From: Candidatus Pacearchaeota archaeon
Lineage (GTDB): Archaea; Nanobdellota; Nanobdellia; UBA10117; JABICX01
DNA length: 64,000 nt
Direction of reading: 5' to 3'
Assembly (NCBI GenBank): GCA_017608025.1
Contig: JAFCGM010000001.1
Span: 78,885 to 142,884 of the forward strand
The position numbers were made by a program, and so were the translations under genes. How positions within the stretch are numbered: the first letter of the stretch is position 1; the number at the start of each line of letters is the position of its first letter. The notes under the pieces were generated by a model. That model saw nothing but the letters and a program-made list of their open reading frames with translations. It was not told where the DNA came from and did no database searches. Positions 10,145-19,631 of the stretch are shown here, one piece after another.

Positions 10145-10213
10145 TTTCCCTTAATGGGAAGCTTTTCTTTTATTTTTAACAAAATTTAAATATATACAGA
10201 AGCAGATATTATC

Positions 10214-11467
10214 ATGAAGATTAAGCACTTGCTGATTTCATTTTTTATTGTTTTGATAGTTCTTTTCAGCGGATGTATTGGCAATCCCTTGAAAGAAGAA
10301 AGCACATTTCTTTCAACTTCGCAATCGCTTGATGCCAGGTTTCTTCAAAACGCTCCGCCAAAAAATATCTTTATTGGTGACAGATTTAATATTTGGCTTG
10401 AAATTGAGAATACAGGAGAAAAGAAAATTGATGCTGGCGAGGTAAGGGTTGATTTGAGCAATGCGAATTTGTTCAGGCATTATTATTCATACAATCTTGA
10501 AGGTCATGATGAGTATGGGAGAAAAAACAGGTATGCGGACTTTTTATGGTGGATGAAGGAGCTAACAAAATACACAAGCCACAAAGAGCCTTTTAACTAC
10601 AACGACAAGTTTGAGTGGGCTTCAGCTCTTGGATGCAAAGACAAAAGAGGTATTTTATGCTCAGAATCAACAGATAATACTTACAAGAATGAATGCATTA
10701 GAAACTGCGTATATGAATTTCAAGAGGATTTGAAAAAAGAGTTTTCACATGTTCCTGACTATAACGAATTCAATTCAACAAATAAGCAGTATATAGAGTT
10801 CAATCCAACAAGATACAATATAAATTATCTGCGACCAGCAAGGAAAGACCCGGAATCTGGAAATCGAATTCCTGGCGCAAATGAATTGATTATGTATGAT
10901 GACCTGACTTATGTTGCTGGAGAATCAATTACAGAGGAAAGGCCAATTGACATTTCTGCAAAGATTTGCTATCCTTACCAAACAGAAGGGATTTCAACAA
11001 TATGTGTTACAAAAAGCTCAATTGAATCAGAAATTTGCGACCCGATTGCTGAAAGAAAAGCAGAAACTTCATCTGGACCAATTCATCTTAAAGCAGTTGA
11101 GCAAAAGACAAATGGATATTCATCAGAGGGAGAAGCCCAAGTTGTGACTAGAATTGATTTTGTATTTGAAAAAGCCGACTATAAGAAAGACATATTTTCA
11201 AACACCCACTGCCTGGAAAGAGTTTCTCCGTACAATAAAGATTCATTTAATGTAACTTTTCTTAAAATCGGCTCTAAGGAGTATGACCCAGAACAGGTTT
11301 GCGGGACTTCTAAAATTGAACTTAGAGCGGATGGAACTGGAAGAATAAGCTGCAAGTTTCCAATTAATGGAGTGCATAATGATTATCTTGAGAGAGTTGT
11401 AATAAGAACAAATTATGTTGTGATTATGGAAACAAGCACAGACACGCATGTGATGCCTACATTGTAA
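10214..11467 (+). CDS. Secreted lipobox protein, paralog of 8906..10144
   Basis: N-terminus LLISFFIVLIVLFSGCIGN; shared IEN.G motif; multiple Cys. Confidence 0.4.
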   Translation: MKIKHLLISFFIVLIVLFSGCIGNPLKEESTFLSTSQSLDARFLQNAPPKNIFIGDRFNIWLEIENTGEKKIDAGEVRVDLSNANLFRHYYSYNLEGHDEYGRKNRYADFLWWMKELTKYTSHKEPFNYNDKFEWASALGCKDKRGILCSESTDNTYKNECIRNCVYEFQEDLKKEFSHVPDYNEFNSTNKQYIEFNPTRYNINYLRPARKDPESGNRIPGANELIMYDDLTYVAGESITEERPIDISAKICYPYQTEGISTICVTKSSIESEICDPIAERKAETSSGPIHLKAVEQKTNGYSSEGEAQVVTRIDFVFEKADYKKDIFSNTHCLERVSPYNKDSFNVTFLKIGSKEYDPEQVCGTSKIELRADGTGRISCKFPINGVHNDYLERVVIRTNYVVIMETSTDTHVMPTL

Positions 11468-11513
11468 GCAATTCCAATAATCTTTTTATATGTTATTTTT
11501 TATTTTTAGGCAG

Positions 11514-11549
11514 GAGCCTTTCTTAAAAAGAAACGCTCGCGAAATAAAT
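11514..11549. repeat. Copy of the intron-like module: gagcctttcttaaaaagaaacgctcgcgaaataaat
   Basis: Aligns with the tRNA-Arg intron gagcccttttctctaaaaagaaaagcgttcgcggaaaaaaac. Confidence 0.5.
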
Positions 11550-11580
11550 ATCTTCACTTGGAGATAAAAGGAATTCAAAA

Positions 11581-12840
11581 ATGAGAATCTACGCTGACCT
11601 TCACATTCATTCCCGGTTTTCAAGGGCAACTTCAAAGCAGCTTAATCTTGAAAATTTGGAGAAATATGGTCGAATTAAAGGATTAAACTTAATTGGAACT
11701 GGAGATTTTACTCATCCAGAGTGGATTAAAGAAATTAAGGAAACTCTTCGAGAAGATGGCACAGGAATTTTAAAATCAAAGTCAGGATTTAATTTTGTTT
11801 TGTCAAGTGAAGTTTCTTTGATGTATACGCAGGGAGGAAAAGCAAGAAAAGTTCATCTTGTTCTTTTGGCACCTTCTTTGGAAATTGTTGATAAGATAAC
11901 AGCTTATTTTAAAAGTTTGGGAAGAATTGATTATGACGGTAGACCTATTTTCGGAAAGTCAATTATTGAGGTTACAAGAAAATTAAAGGAAATTTCTGAC
12001 AAGATTGAGATTATTCCTGCTCACATCTGGACTCCTTGGTTTGGGGTTCTAGGAAGCAAGTCTGGTTTTGATTCAATTAAGGAGGCATTTGGAGATGAGG
12101 AAAAGCATATTTATGCAATTGAAATGGGTCTTAGTTCAAATCCAAAGATGAATTGGATGCTTTCTGAGTTAGACAAATACACTTTGATTGCAAATTCAGA
12201 TTCCCATAGCTTCTGGCCTTGGAGGTTAGGAAGGGAATGCAACATTTTTGATTTTGAGGAAATTACATATGATAATTTGATAAAAGCAATAAGAACGAGA
12301 GAAGGATATGTTGGGACAATTGGTGTTGACCCTAACTATGGAAAATACCACTATGACGGTCATAGAAATTGCGGATTTTCCTGCACTCCAGAGAAAGCAA
12401 AAGAGTTGAATTATCTTTGCCCTGTTTGTAAAAGACCTCTTACACTAGGAGTCATGCATCGCGTGAAAAAACTTGCTGATAGAAATTTCGGATTTGTTTT
12501 AAGAGAAAAAGAAGAGCATCACAATTTTCTTCCTCTTTCAGAAGTTGTCTGCAAGGTCTTTGGAAATGGAGTTGCAACAAGAAAAACAATGGAAGCTTAC
12601 AATAAGTTGGTTGAAGGAACAAATGAGTATTTTGTTTTGCTTGAAATGGAAAAAGCGGATATTGAAAAGAGAAGTAGTAAGGACATTGCTGAGATGGTAA
12701 TAAAAAACAGAAAAGAGGATTTTAAAATAAAACCTGGTTATGATGGTGAATATGGTGTTCTTGAATATGAAAATGCTGAAAAAGAAAAATCAAGAAATAT
12801 TTTTGAAGTGAAAAAGCAGCCTTCTCTGCTTGACTTTTGA
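11581..12840 (+). CDS. Endonuclease Q-like PHP-domain nuclease (EndoQ family)
   Basis: N-terminus ADLHIHSRFSRATSKQL...GLNLIGTGDFTHPEW matches the EndoQ/PHP start. C-terminal Zn-ribbon CPVCKRPLTLGVMHR. Length 419 aa. Confidence 0.55.
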   Translation: MRIYADLHIHSRFSRATSKQLNLENLEKYGRIKGLNLIGTGDFTHPEWIKEIKETLREDGTGILKSKSGFNFVLSSEVSLMYTQGGKARKVHLVLLAPSLEIVDKITAYFKSLGRIDYDGRPIFGKSIIEVTRKLKEISDKIEIIPAHIWTPWFGVLGSKSGFDSIKEAFGDEEKHIYAIEMGLSSNPKMNWMLSELDKYTLIANSDSHSFWPWRLGRECNIFDFEEITYDNLIKAIRTREGYVGTIGVDPNYGKYHYDGHRNCGFSCTPEKAKELNYLCPVCKRPLTLGVMHRVKKLADRNFGFVLREKEEHHNFLPLSEVVCKVFGNGVATRKTMEAYNKLVEGTNEYFVLLEMEKADIEKRSSKDIAEMVIKNRKEDFKIKPGYDGEYGVLEYENAEKEKSRNIFEVKKQPSLLDF

Positions 12841-13150
12841 AATGATAAGTTAGATTAAAGCTAGCAATTATAAGAAAACTCTGAAGTTTTTGAGAGAGAA
12901 TGGCTTTTGATTAAAAAAAGAATCTAGGCAAAATTGGTTATCTTATTTAATTTATTTAGATCCTATTCCAGAAGATTATCTGCTTTAGCCGTTTGATAAA
13001 AGACCGAGATATGAGTTAGCCAAGCTTTATGTAACTGAAGAAAAAACGGCCTTGTTGAGCTTTCATTTTGGGGTTTGCTAGAGTTAGTTCCTTATAAGAA
13101 GAAATTAGTGAAAACTCTTAGAGGAATTCAGCCATGTCTTGAGGACTTTT

Positions 13151-13927
13151 TTAACCTATGTAGCTTGTGTCTTTGTTTTCTGATGAAATTTTCTTTATTT
13201 TTTTCATTAGCTTTGAGTTTTCGATTTTTTCCTCTTTTTCGATTTTTTCCACTTCATTGCCAAGCTTTTTTAAGTCAATTCCAAGATTAAGTGTTTTTTC
13301 AAGGATTTTCATTAAATTTTTAGCTTCTTCAAGTCCAAGGCGATAAGGGTCAGCAAAAGTTTCAATAAGGAGAGAAATTCCTTTCCAGTTTTTCAGCTTT
13401 CCTATTCCAAGCAAAAGACCTGCAATTCCAAGAATTGTTGCTGCGCTATTTCCTTTTGTTTTTATTTCTTTTGAGCTTTTTTTGTATTTTTTTATTATTT
13501 TTTTGTCAGTTCCTGTAATGAATATTCTCTTTTTTTGCGGTGAGGAAGGAAGACCAATTCCGCCAAGAGTTATTGCTTCCTTGCATTTGAATTCACTACA
13601 CAAAGAGATTATTTTTTCTGCAAAATCATAACTTTCCTTTTCTTTTAGGGGCTGAATGTCTCCAGAGAGGACCAGTATGTCGCGAGGTTTTCTTTTTATG
13701 TAATGAAGCTCGACTTTTGGAAGATTAACTATGCCTTCTTCATTAATGAAAACAGAGTGAGGAAAGCTTGAGCTATATATTTCATAAAGTTTTTTTGAAT
13801 TCAGTTCTTCAACAATGAAATCAGTGCAAATCTTTCCAATGTTTCCTATTCCTGGAAGACCTGCAATTATGATTGGGTTTTTTAGTTTCGGCTTTTTTGA
13901 GAAGTTCTTTTTTACTATAAAATCCAT
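13151..13927 (-). CDS. PAC2-family proteasome assembly chaperone
   Basis: N-terminal motif IIAGLPGIGNIGKICTDFIVEEL is the PAC2 signature. Lies in the conserved L44e-S27e-aIF2a-PAC2 neighbourhood. Confidence 0.55.
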   Translation of the reverse strand: MDFIVKKNFSKKPKLKNPIIIAGLPGIGNIGKICTDFIVEELNSKKLYEIYSSSFPHSVFINEEGIVNLPKVELHYIKRKPRDILVLSGDIQPLKEKESYDFAEKIISLCSEFKCKEAITLGGIGLPSSPQKKRIFITGTDKKIIKKYKKSSKEIKTKGNSAATILGIAGLLLGIGKLKNWKGISLLIETFADPYRLGLEEAKNLMKILEKTLNLGIDLKKLGNEVEKIEKEEKIENSKLMKKIKKISSENKDTSYIG

Positions 13928-13928
13928 T

Positions 13929-14711
13929 TTACTTTAATTTGAATTTTCCCTTATTTTTTGATATATGCTTTTCAACTATGTCTAAAATTTCTTCAACGTG
14001 ATTATTTATTTCTTTTTTATTTTCTGTTTCAATCGTTATTTTGTAGTTTGGAGCACCAGCATAGAGCACTTTAAATTTTATGTTTTTCTTTTTTGCATGT
14101 TCTTCAGCAAGTTCAAATGCTTTTTTAATAACTTCAACTCCATTTTCGCAGTAGCAAGATATCTGAACAGTTTTTGTTATTTTTGAGGTAGGGATTGTTA
14201 TTCTTTTTGATATTAAATCCAGAGCTTTTTTCTTTATTTTTGAATCTATTTTTATGTTTTTCAGAATATTTTCATTTCCGCGAGCAATTTCTTCAAAAGC
14301 AGGATACAAAAGACCGTATTTTTCCAGAATTTTATCAGCAAACTTTTTGTAAACTTCTTCAATTTTTAATTTATTCATTTTTGCAAAAGCATGCAAGATT
14401 TCATCTGCTTTTTTCTCATTTTTCCATTCTTTTTCTTTTGTTCTTTTTTGAGATGAACCAACCCTTTTTAATGAAAGATTAATATGTTCTTTGCTGGGAT
14501 TAACATCTATTACAGTGCAGACAAGTTTTCTGCCTTCTTTGAAAAAAGATTTTAGGTTTCTTACAAGCCTTCTTTCAATTTCAGAGGTATGAATCATTCC
14601 TTCAAGATTTTTGTATTCATTGAGATTTACAAAAACTGAATGAGGCAGAACACGAGTTACTGTACCAATAATGATTTCTCTTTTCTTAGGATAACCTTTT
14701 TTTTGATACAT
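13929..14711 (-). CDS. eif2a: Translation initiation factor 2 alpha subunit (aIF2-alpha)
   Basis: N-terminal S1 domain GTVTRVLPHSVFVNL...EGMIHTSEI; 260 aa; conserved neighbourhood. Confidence 0.7.
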   Translation of the reverse strand: MYQKKGYPKKREIIIGTVTRVLPHSVFVNLNEYKNLEGMIHTSEIERRLVRNLKSFFKEGRKLVCTVIDVNPSKEHINLSLKRVGSSQKRTKEKEWKNEKKADEILHAFAKMNKLKIEEVYKKFADKILEKYGLLYPAFEEIARGNENILKNIKIDSKIKKKALDLISKRITIPTSKITKTVQISCYCENGVEVIKKAFELAEEHAKKKNIKFKVLYAGAPNYKITIETENKKEINNHVEEILDIVEKHISKNKGKFKLK

Positions 14712-14723
14712 AATTATGAAAAA

Positions 14724-14909
14724 TTAATTAAGTGTCTGGATTACTTTTCCTTGTATTTTTGCTTTTCCGCCAGTTGGAACTGCAAGAATTTCTCCGCAAA
14801 CAAGGCATTTGACTTTTGTAGATGCTTTGTCAAATATTATTTGCTCGTTCTTGCATTTTTCACATGCGACTTTTATAAACGCACTTGTTGGACCTTTTGC
14901 TGATATCAT
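14724..14909 (-). CDS. rps27e: Ribosomal protein S27e
   Basis: C4 zinc finger CEKCKNEQIIF...CLVCGEILAVPTGGKA. Confidence 0.75.
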   Translation of the reverse strand: MISAKGPTSAFIKVACEKCKNEQIIFDKASTKVKCLVCGEILAVPTGGKAKIQGKVIQTLN

Positions 14910-14913
14910 TTTA

Positions 14914-15204
14914 TTACACCTGCCTTACTTTTTTAGACCTGTTTTTGTAGGCCTTTATTTGAGAATGATTGCATTTTTTGCATGTCAGCTTGAAAACCGG
15001 ATGAGTGCTGACTTTGGATTTTGAACCTTTTGTCCTGGGAAAACCCCCGTAACCCTTAAGAACTCTTGCCATCTGCCGAATTCCCCACTTCAGTGCTTTC
15101 TTCCTTGTCTTTGGTCTCGGCTTGTTCTTTGTCGGAGATATTTTGTGCTCTGTGTGTTTCTTGCACTTCGGACAATACCTTTTTATTTGTTTTGGAACTT
15201 TCAT
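14914..15204 (-). CDS. rpl44e: Ribosomal protein L44e
   Basis: N-terminus MKVPKQIKRYCPKCKKHTEHK and Cys pairs typical of L44e; 96 aa. Confidence 0.75.
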   Translation of the reverse strand: MKVPKQIKRYCPKCKKHTEHKISPTKNKPRPKTRKKALKWGIRQMARVLKGYGGFPRTKGSKSKVSTHPVFKLTCKKCNHSQIKAYKNRSKKVRQV

Positions 15205-15847
15205 TTTCTAATATGCTTACTTTTTTTTGCTCTCTTAAAAGGTTTGCTATTTTTTCAGGCAATTCAGCTGTATCTCTTTTTGAATATGGACCATAAGTTT
15301 TTAAATCTTCCCCATAGAACTGCTCAGATTTTTCAAGGAATTCAACTTTAACTTTTTTCACATTTGCAGTTTTTTCTGCTAAGTCAAATTCGTTTTTCAT
15401 TTCTTCTGCTTCTTTCATCTCTTTTTCAAGGAAGTCAATGCTTTCTGTGGCAGAATGAAGAGTATTAAAAAACTTTTGCTTATTCTGCTGTAAGGTTTGA
15501 ATTAAGTTATTGTAAAGTTCAACTTCAAAATTAAGCATATTTGTGGTGTCTTTAAGTGCAGAACCGCTTCTTATTGTTACAATTGCGCGATTGATGACTT
15601 TACGCTCCCTTTTCTCATACAAGTCTGACAAGGTTCTTCTAGCATTTTCAATTTCATTTAGAATCTGAACTTTTTTTGAAGAGCTCATTATAGATGTATT
15701 CTCTTCTTGTGAAATTAATCTTTCTTTTACTTTGAGATATTCATTTATTTTTTGCAAGTCCTTATCTGTTATTTTTTGAAGCTCAGCAGAGAATTTCTCA
15801 GCACGCAGGAGCTCATATATATCCTCATAAGTAAAACTATCTGCCAT
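15056..15847 (-). CDS. GINS subunit (Gins51/Gins15-like) with a low-complexity C-terminal tail
   Basis: N-terminal A-domain-like YEDIYELLRAEKFSAELQ. B-domain-like VKVEFLEKSEQFYGEDLKTYGPYSKRDTAELPEKIANLL. Adjacent to the primase gene, a conserved archaeal neighbourhood. The last ~40 codons overlap rpl44e in another frame. Confidence 0.4.
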   Translation of the reverse strand: MADSFTYEDIYELLRAEKFSAELQKITDKDLQKINEYLKVKERLISQEENTSIMSSSKKVQILNEIENARRTLSDLYEKRERKVINRAIVTIRSGSALKDTTNMLNFEVELYNNLIQTLQQNKQKFFNTLHSATESIDFLEKEMKEAEEMKNEFDLAEKTANVKKVKVEFLEKSEQFYGEDLKTYGPYSKRDTAELPEKIANLLREQKKVSILENESSKTNKKVLSEVQETHRAQNISDKEQAETKDKEESTEVGNSADGKSS

Positions 15848-15901
15848 TATATCTTATCTACAAAAATTTAATTTAAAAGATTTAGTTTGTTTTAGAAGCG
15901 A

Positions 15902-16114
15902 TTAGGAAAGTAACTCTTCGCGGTCATTCATATTCTCTACTAAAACCGCCATTTCATCTCTTGCAATATCTCCTGTAACTCTTGGCTTATAATTGTCCCA
16001 TTTTTGATCATACCTAATCTTTTTAACTGTTTTAGCAAAACTTTTGTTTAAAATTAATTCATCAAGATACTTTTCTAGACACCCAATACTTTCCTCAGGC
16101 GAACTTGCAACCAC
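15902..16114 (-). CDS. Small hypothetical protein; possibly the C-terminal part of a frameshifted gene
   Basis: A second 49-codon ORF (MKYSGNFADGCFDILLHEKKKGN...) reads into this one in another frame just upstream (approx 16119..16265). Confidence 0.2.
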   Translation of the reverse strand: MVASSPEESIGCLEKYLDELILNKSFAKTVKKIRYDQKWDNYKPRVTGDIARDEMAVLVENMNDREELLS

Positions 16115-16275
16115 GCGATCAGATTTGTTATACCATACAATCTAATTTCAATAATGTTCCCCTTTTTCTTTTCATGGAGTAAAATATCAAAACATCCATC
16201 TGCAAAATTTCCGCTATATTTCATTCCTGAAGAAAACCACTTTCTGAAACGAGAGCCATGTTGTTTAATTTAGAA

Positions 16276-17547
16276 TTACTTTCCATTTCTTCGCCGTTTC
16301 CGTTTAGGATATGATAATGGATTTCTAATGCCTTTGCACAGTTCATCAGGGACGCATACACCAATGTCTTTGTAATACTGCTCAAGACTGCAGTTTGGAG
16401 GCGGAGAGGTTTTAGTTTGAGCCTTGTGCCAGTTTATCTGGCTTTGTATGTATCCTGTTTTAAGCGCTTCAGCATTTCTTGAATTCCATTCAGTAATTTT
16501 AGCTTCAATTTCCGGCCAGGTCCACTTTGCCTTTTGAAGGAAATTAAGCAATATAAACAAGGCGCGCTTTTTTCCATCAGCAAGGCCTTTGAGAATGTTC
16601 TTTATGCAGGGAGGGAAGAATTCTTCTGGAACTCGGTCCTTAAACTCAACAAATTTTCGGTCAGTCGGTACTGAAACTTTCTCGCTTTTCTTTTTTCTAA
16701 ATCTTAGGTCTTTTGCTTCTGTTATTATGAGGCTCATTTCTGTTCCAGAATAGTTTCCTGGAGTCATGAAGTTTTCATTAACTTTTGTTATGTTTTCCGG
16801 TTTTGCCTGTTCTTTTTTGAAATTTTTCAAGTCCTTTGAATTAATTACAACTGATGCAAGGCCAGATTTTTCATGCAGAGAATATGGAGCGCGAATTAAG
16901 TGGCGAGGAGATGCTAGTTGAATGTCAAGGCCGAGCAATTTCGGGACATCAGTTATGTCTTGTTTTGAATATAATTCTCTTTTTTGATTGTGTTTTTTAA
17001 GGAAATCTTTCAAATCAAAATTGATTTCTCTTAATTTTCTTTCAAAAATATTTTTGCTTTCTTTTATTATATAATACATAAGAGCATCAGAAAGTTCTGG
17101 AAACTCTTTTGCTGCTGATTCTGGAAAAGCTTCAAAAGGAACGCAAATGTGCCAACCTTTATTTCCTGAAAATTTTATTTGCGCAATTACACCATATTCT
17201 TTAAGGACTTCAAGAACAGATTCTGCTGCAAGAGTTGAAATTTTAAAGTCTGGGCAGTCAATGTCAATTATAAAATCCCATCCAATTCTTAAATTGTTCA
17301 TTTCCTGAGGAGTGATTTCAGGTGAGAGTTTCATAGCGTCCTGCCATCTTTCTTGGGAAATGTGAAAAGATGTTGCACCTTCTTTTGCAAAGGAAGATAT
17401 GTCTGAGGGAAACTGGATTATTTGCGGTCTTTTGCTGTAATGGCCCCCCTGAAATTGAACAGCTACTTCTCTGTCTTGCGAAACTTTTGCTATAAATGCT
17501 TTGATTTCTGATTTTGAATAATATTTAATTGCTTCTGACTGTCGCAT
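16276..17547 (-). CDS. priS: Archaeo-eukaryotic DNA primase catalytic subunit PriS with a C-terminal Cys-containing helical extension (fused PriS-PriL-CTD-like)
   Basis: Catalytic motifs WDFIIDIDCPDF (DhD) and KFSGNKGWHICVP (SGxRGxH). 423 aa, about 80 aa longer than stand-alone PriS, with 4 Cys in the tail (PPCIKN, NCSLEQ, GVCVPDELC). Confidence 0.6.
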   Translation of the reverse strand: MRQSEAIKYYSKSEIKAFIAKVSQDREVAVQFQGGHYSKRPQIIQFPSDISSFAKEGATSFHISQERWQDAMKLSPEITPQEMNNLRIGWDFIIDIDCPDFKISTLAAESVLEVLKEYGVIAQIKFSGNKGWHICVPFEAFPESAAKEFPELSDALMYYIIKESKNIFERKLREINFDLKDFLKKHNQKRELYSKQDITDVPKLLGLDIQLASPRHLIRAPYSLHEKSGLASVVINSKDLKNFKKEQAKPENITKVNENFMTPGNYSGTEMSLIITEAKDLRFRKKKSEKVSVPTDRKFVEFKDRVPEEFFPPCIKNILKGLADGKKRALFILLNFLQKAKWTWPEIEAKITEWNSRNAEALKTGYIQSQINWHKAQTKTSPPPNCSLEQYYKDIGVCVPDELCKGIRNPLSYPKRKRRRNGK

Positions 17548-18006
17548 GAAGAAACAATTCTTGTTAAATTTTATATAGTTTTGTAAGATTAAGGGATGTA
17601 TAAAATAGGAGCCAATTGGATGTTTGGATTTTTTAGATTTTGCACTTTATGCAATTCATAAAATTGTTGAAGACAACTGAATTCAAGTAGTATAATTAGT
17701 TTAAATTGTCTAGTTTATTTACCTGATTCTGGAGGACTGAATAAAGAAAATTAGGAAATAGAAATGCTTTTTTAATGAAATTTTTTATATATTTATATTT
17801 ATTATTTAGGTATGGAAAAATTATACGATTCTACAAAAGAGCTGTATTCTTTATTGCCAGAAAAAACAGAAAAAGACAGTCTGAAGTTGTTCTTGAGGTT
17901 TTATTAGATGCCTGTAAAAATTAATTAATTTTGTGCGTGCTATACTTTAATAAGTTTAGAAACCTTTTTAAACAACACAACGAACTATCTTTTACAATGA
18001 CAAACG

Positions 18007-18129
18007 GTGATTACCCCACAGCCCTTTTAAAAAAAGCGCTATTTCATAGGCACGAACTATGTTCGTTTCTGGCGGAAAAATCACTGACACGATAAAAATG
18101 GAAACTGGTGATTACCCCCATCAAGGCTA
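18007..18129. repeat. Modular element (18019..18117) flanked by direct repeats ggtgattacccc (18007..18018 and 18118..18129)
   Basis: The insert cagcccttttaaaaaaagcgctatttcataggcacgaactatgttcgtttctggcggaaaaatc combines the cccttttNaaaaagcg module and the ggcRcgaac-loop-gttcgtttct hairpin seen at 48985. Confidence 0.55.
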
Positions 18130-18201
18130 GAATTTATTTAACTAGCAGGAGGTATTTTCACTGTTTTGAGTCTTTTTTTAATTTTAGACATAGAAATTAA
18201 T

Positions 18202-18277
18202 GGCTGGGATAGGGTAGCCTGGTTTATCCTCTGTGGCTGTGGCCCGCAGGACCCGAGTTCGAATCTCGGTCCCGGCC
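18202..18277 (+). tRNA. tRNA-His (anticodon GTG) with genome-encoded G-1 opposite C73
   Basis: Manual fold. Acceptor GCTGGGA/TCCCGGC; anticodon stem TGTGG/CCGCA; loop CTGTGGC; T arm CCGAG-TTCGAAT-CTCGG; extra 5' G pairing with discriminator C. One T-T mismatch in the D stem. No CCA encoded. Lies 66 bp upstream of hisS. Confidence 0.7.
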
Positions 18278-18343
18278 CGAACTTTTCTTTCAAAAAAAAG
18301 CTTACAAAACAATTCTTACTACTGCTCGAAAAGAGGTGCTGTG

Positions 18344-19618
18344 ATGTTAGAAACAAATATAAACAAAGAAAGTGTAGGTAGCATTATGTTATCTACTCCA
18401 AAAGGAATGTCAGATTATCTTCCAGAACAACAGATTGTTATTGAGGATATCAAGAAAGTTGTTAGAGAGATTTTTGAAAGATATGGCTTTGTTCCGCTGG
18501 ACACTCCTGGATTAGAAAACATTGATGTTCTTACTTCAAAAGGTTCTGGAGGTGAAGAGATTGGAAAAGAGATTTTCACTCTTAAAGACCGAGCAGGAAG
18601 AAGACTTGGATTGAGATTTGACCTTACTGTTCCATTGGCCAGGGTTTTTGCTTCAAATTCAAATTTAAATAAGCCATTTAAAAGATATCAGGAAGGGAAA
18701 GTCTGGAGGCAGGAGTTCGGAACAAGGACTCGTGAGTTCCTGCAGTTTGATGCTGATACTCTTGGAGCAAAGCCCGGGATTGCTGATGCTGAAATTTTAG
18801 CTGCTTGTCAGGATATATTTAATTCCCTAAAAATTGATGTTGTAATAAAAGTGAATAATCGGAAATTGCTTTCAGATGTTATTGAAAAGGCGGGAATTGA
18901 AAAAGCAAAAGTTATGGATGCAATAATGTGCATTGACAAGCTTGAGAAAATTGGTAAAAAGGGTGTTTTGAAGGAGGCGAAAATAAGAGGAATTTCTGAG
19001 AAAATCATGAGTAATGTCTTGAAGACACTTTCTGGTGGTTTAAACTGCTTTAAGAGTTACAAAGGATATGATGAGCTTTTGTCAATTATTAATTATTCAA
19101 AAGCCCTTGGAGCGAATGTTAAATTTGTACCTAATTTAGCAAGAGGCCTTGACTATTACACTGGGATGGTTTTTGAGGTTTTCTGGAAAGAAAGACCTAA
19201 CAAGCTTTCTCTTGCTGCTGGCGGAAGATATGATGATCTTATTGCAAGGTTTTCAAGAAAAGATGAAAAAGTTCTTGCTGTTGGAGGCAGTATAGGTGTT
19301 ACAAGAATTTATGAAATACTTAAAGATAAAGAAGGAAGAAAAACAAACACTAAGGTTTTCATTGCCCCAATTGGAACAGAAGAGTACTGCTTAAAATTAG
19401 CAACACAATTAAGAAAGAAAGGAATAAATTCTGAAATTGACTTGATGGAGCGAGGCCTTTCTGCAAACTTTAGATATGCTGACAAGAAGGGAATTTTATA
19501 CTCTTTGGTTGTTGGAGAAAAGGAATTGAAAGACAAGAAATTCACTTTGAAGAGCATGAAGACAGGAGAGCAGGAAAAACTCACTTTGAAGCAAATTATT
19601 AATAAATTAAACAATTAA
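18344..19618 (+). CDS. hisS: Histidyl-tRNA synthetase
   Basis: Class II motifs FTLKDRAGRRLGLRFDLTVPLAR, REFLQFDADTLG and GGRYDDL; C-terminal anticodon-binding domain. Start set at the ATG at 18344; the longer ORF runs back through the tRNA. Confidence 0.8.
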   Translation: MLETNINKESVGSIMLSTPKGMSDYLPEQQIVIEDIKKVVREIFERYGFVPLDTPGLENIDVLTSKGSGGEEIGKEIFTLKDRAGRRLGLRFDLTVPLARVFASNSNLNKPFKRYQEGKVWRQEFGTRTREFLQFDADTLGAKPGIADAEILAACQDIFNSLKIDVVIKVNNRKLLSDVIEKAGIEKAKVMDAIMCIDKLEKIGKKGVLKEAKIRGISEKIMSNVLKTLSGGLNCFKSYKGYDELLSIINYSKALGANVKFVPNLARGLDYYTGMVFEVFWKERPNKLSLAAGGRYDDLIARFSRKDEKVLAVGGSIGVTRIYEILKDKEGRKTNTKVFIAPIGTEEYCLKLATQLRKKGINSEIDLMERGLSANFRYADKKGILYSLVVGEKELKDKKFTLKSMKTGEQEKLTLKQIINKLNN

Positions 19619-19631
19619 TAAGCAAGAAAAT

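Noticed and set aside
12841-13150. 300-bp intergenic region examined for SRP RNA, RNase P RNA or other ncRNA
   Set aside because: No conserved helices or motifs (e.g. the P4 sequences of RNase P RNA) were recognisable by eye; left unannotated.
17548-18201. 650-bp AT-rich non-coding region next to the primase, with a duplicated ggtgattacccc motif: candidate oriC with ORB boxes
   Set aside because: The duplicated motif lacks the ORB dyad and is better explained as the direct-repeat flanks of an inserted mini-element (same pattern as five other sites). No cdc6/orc1 gene is adjacent. An origin is not excluded, but it is unsupported.
18138-18381. ORFs 18138..18356 (-) and 18166..18381 (+)
   Set aside because: Both overlap the tRNA-His gene and the hisS promoter; they are translations of tRNA sequence.
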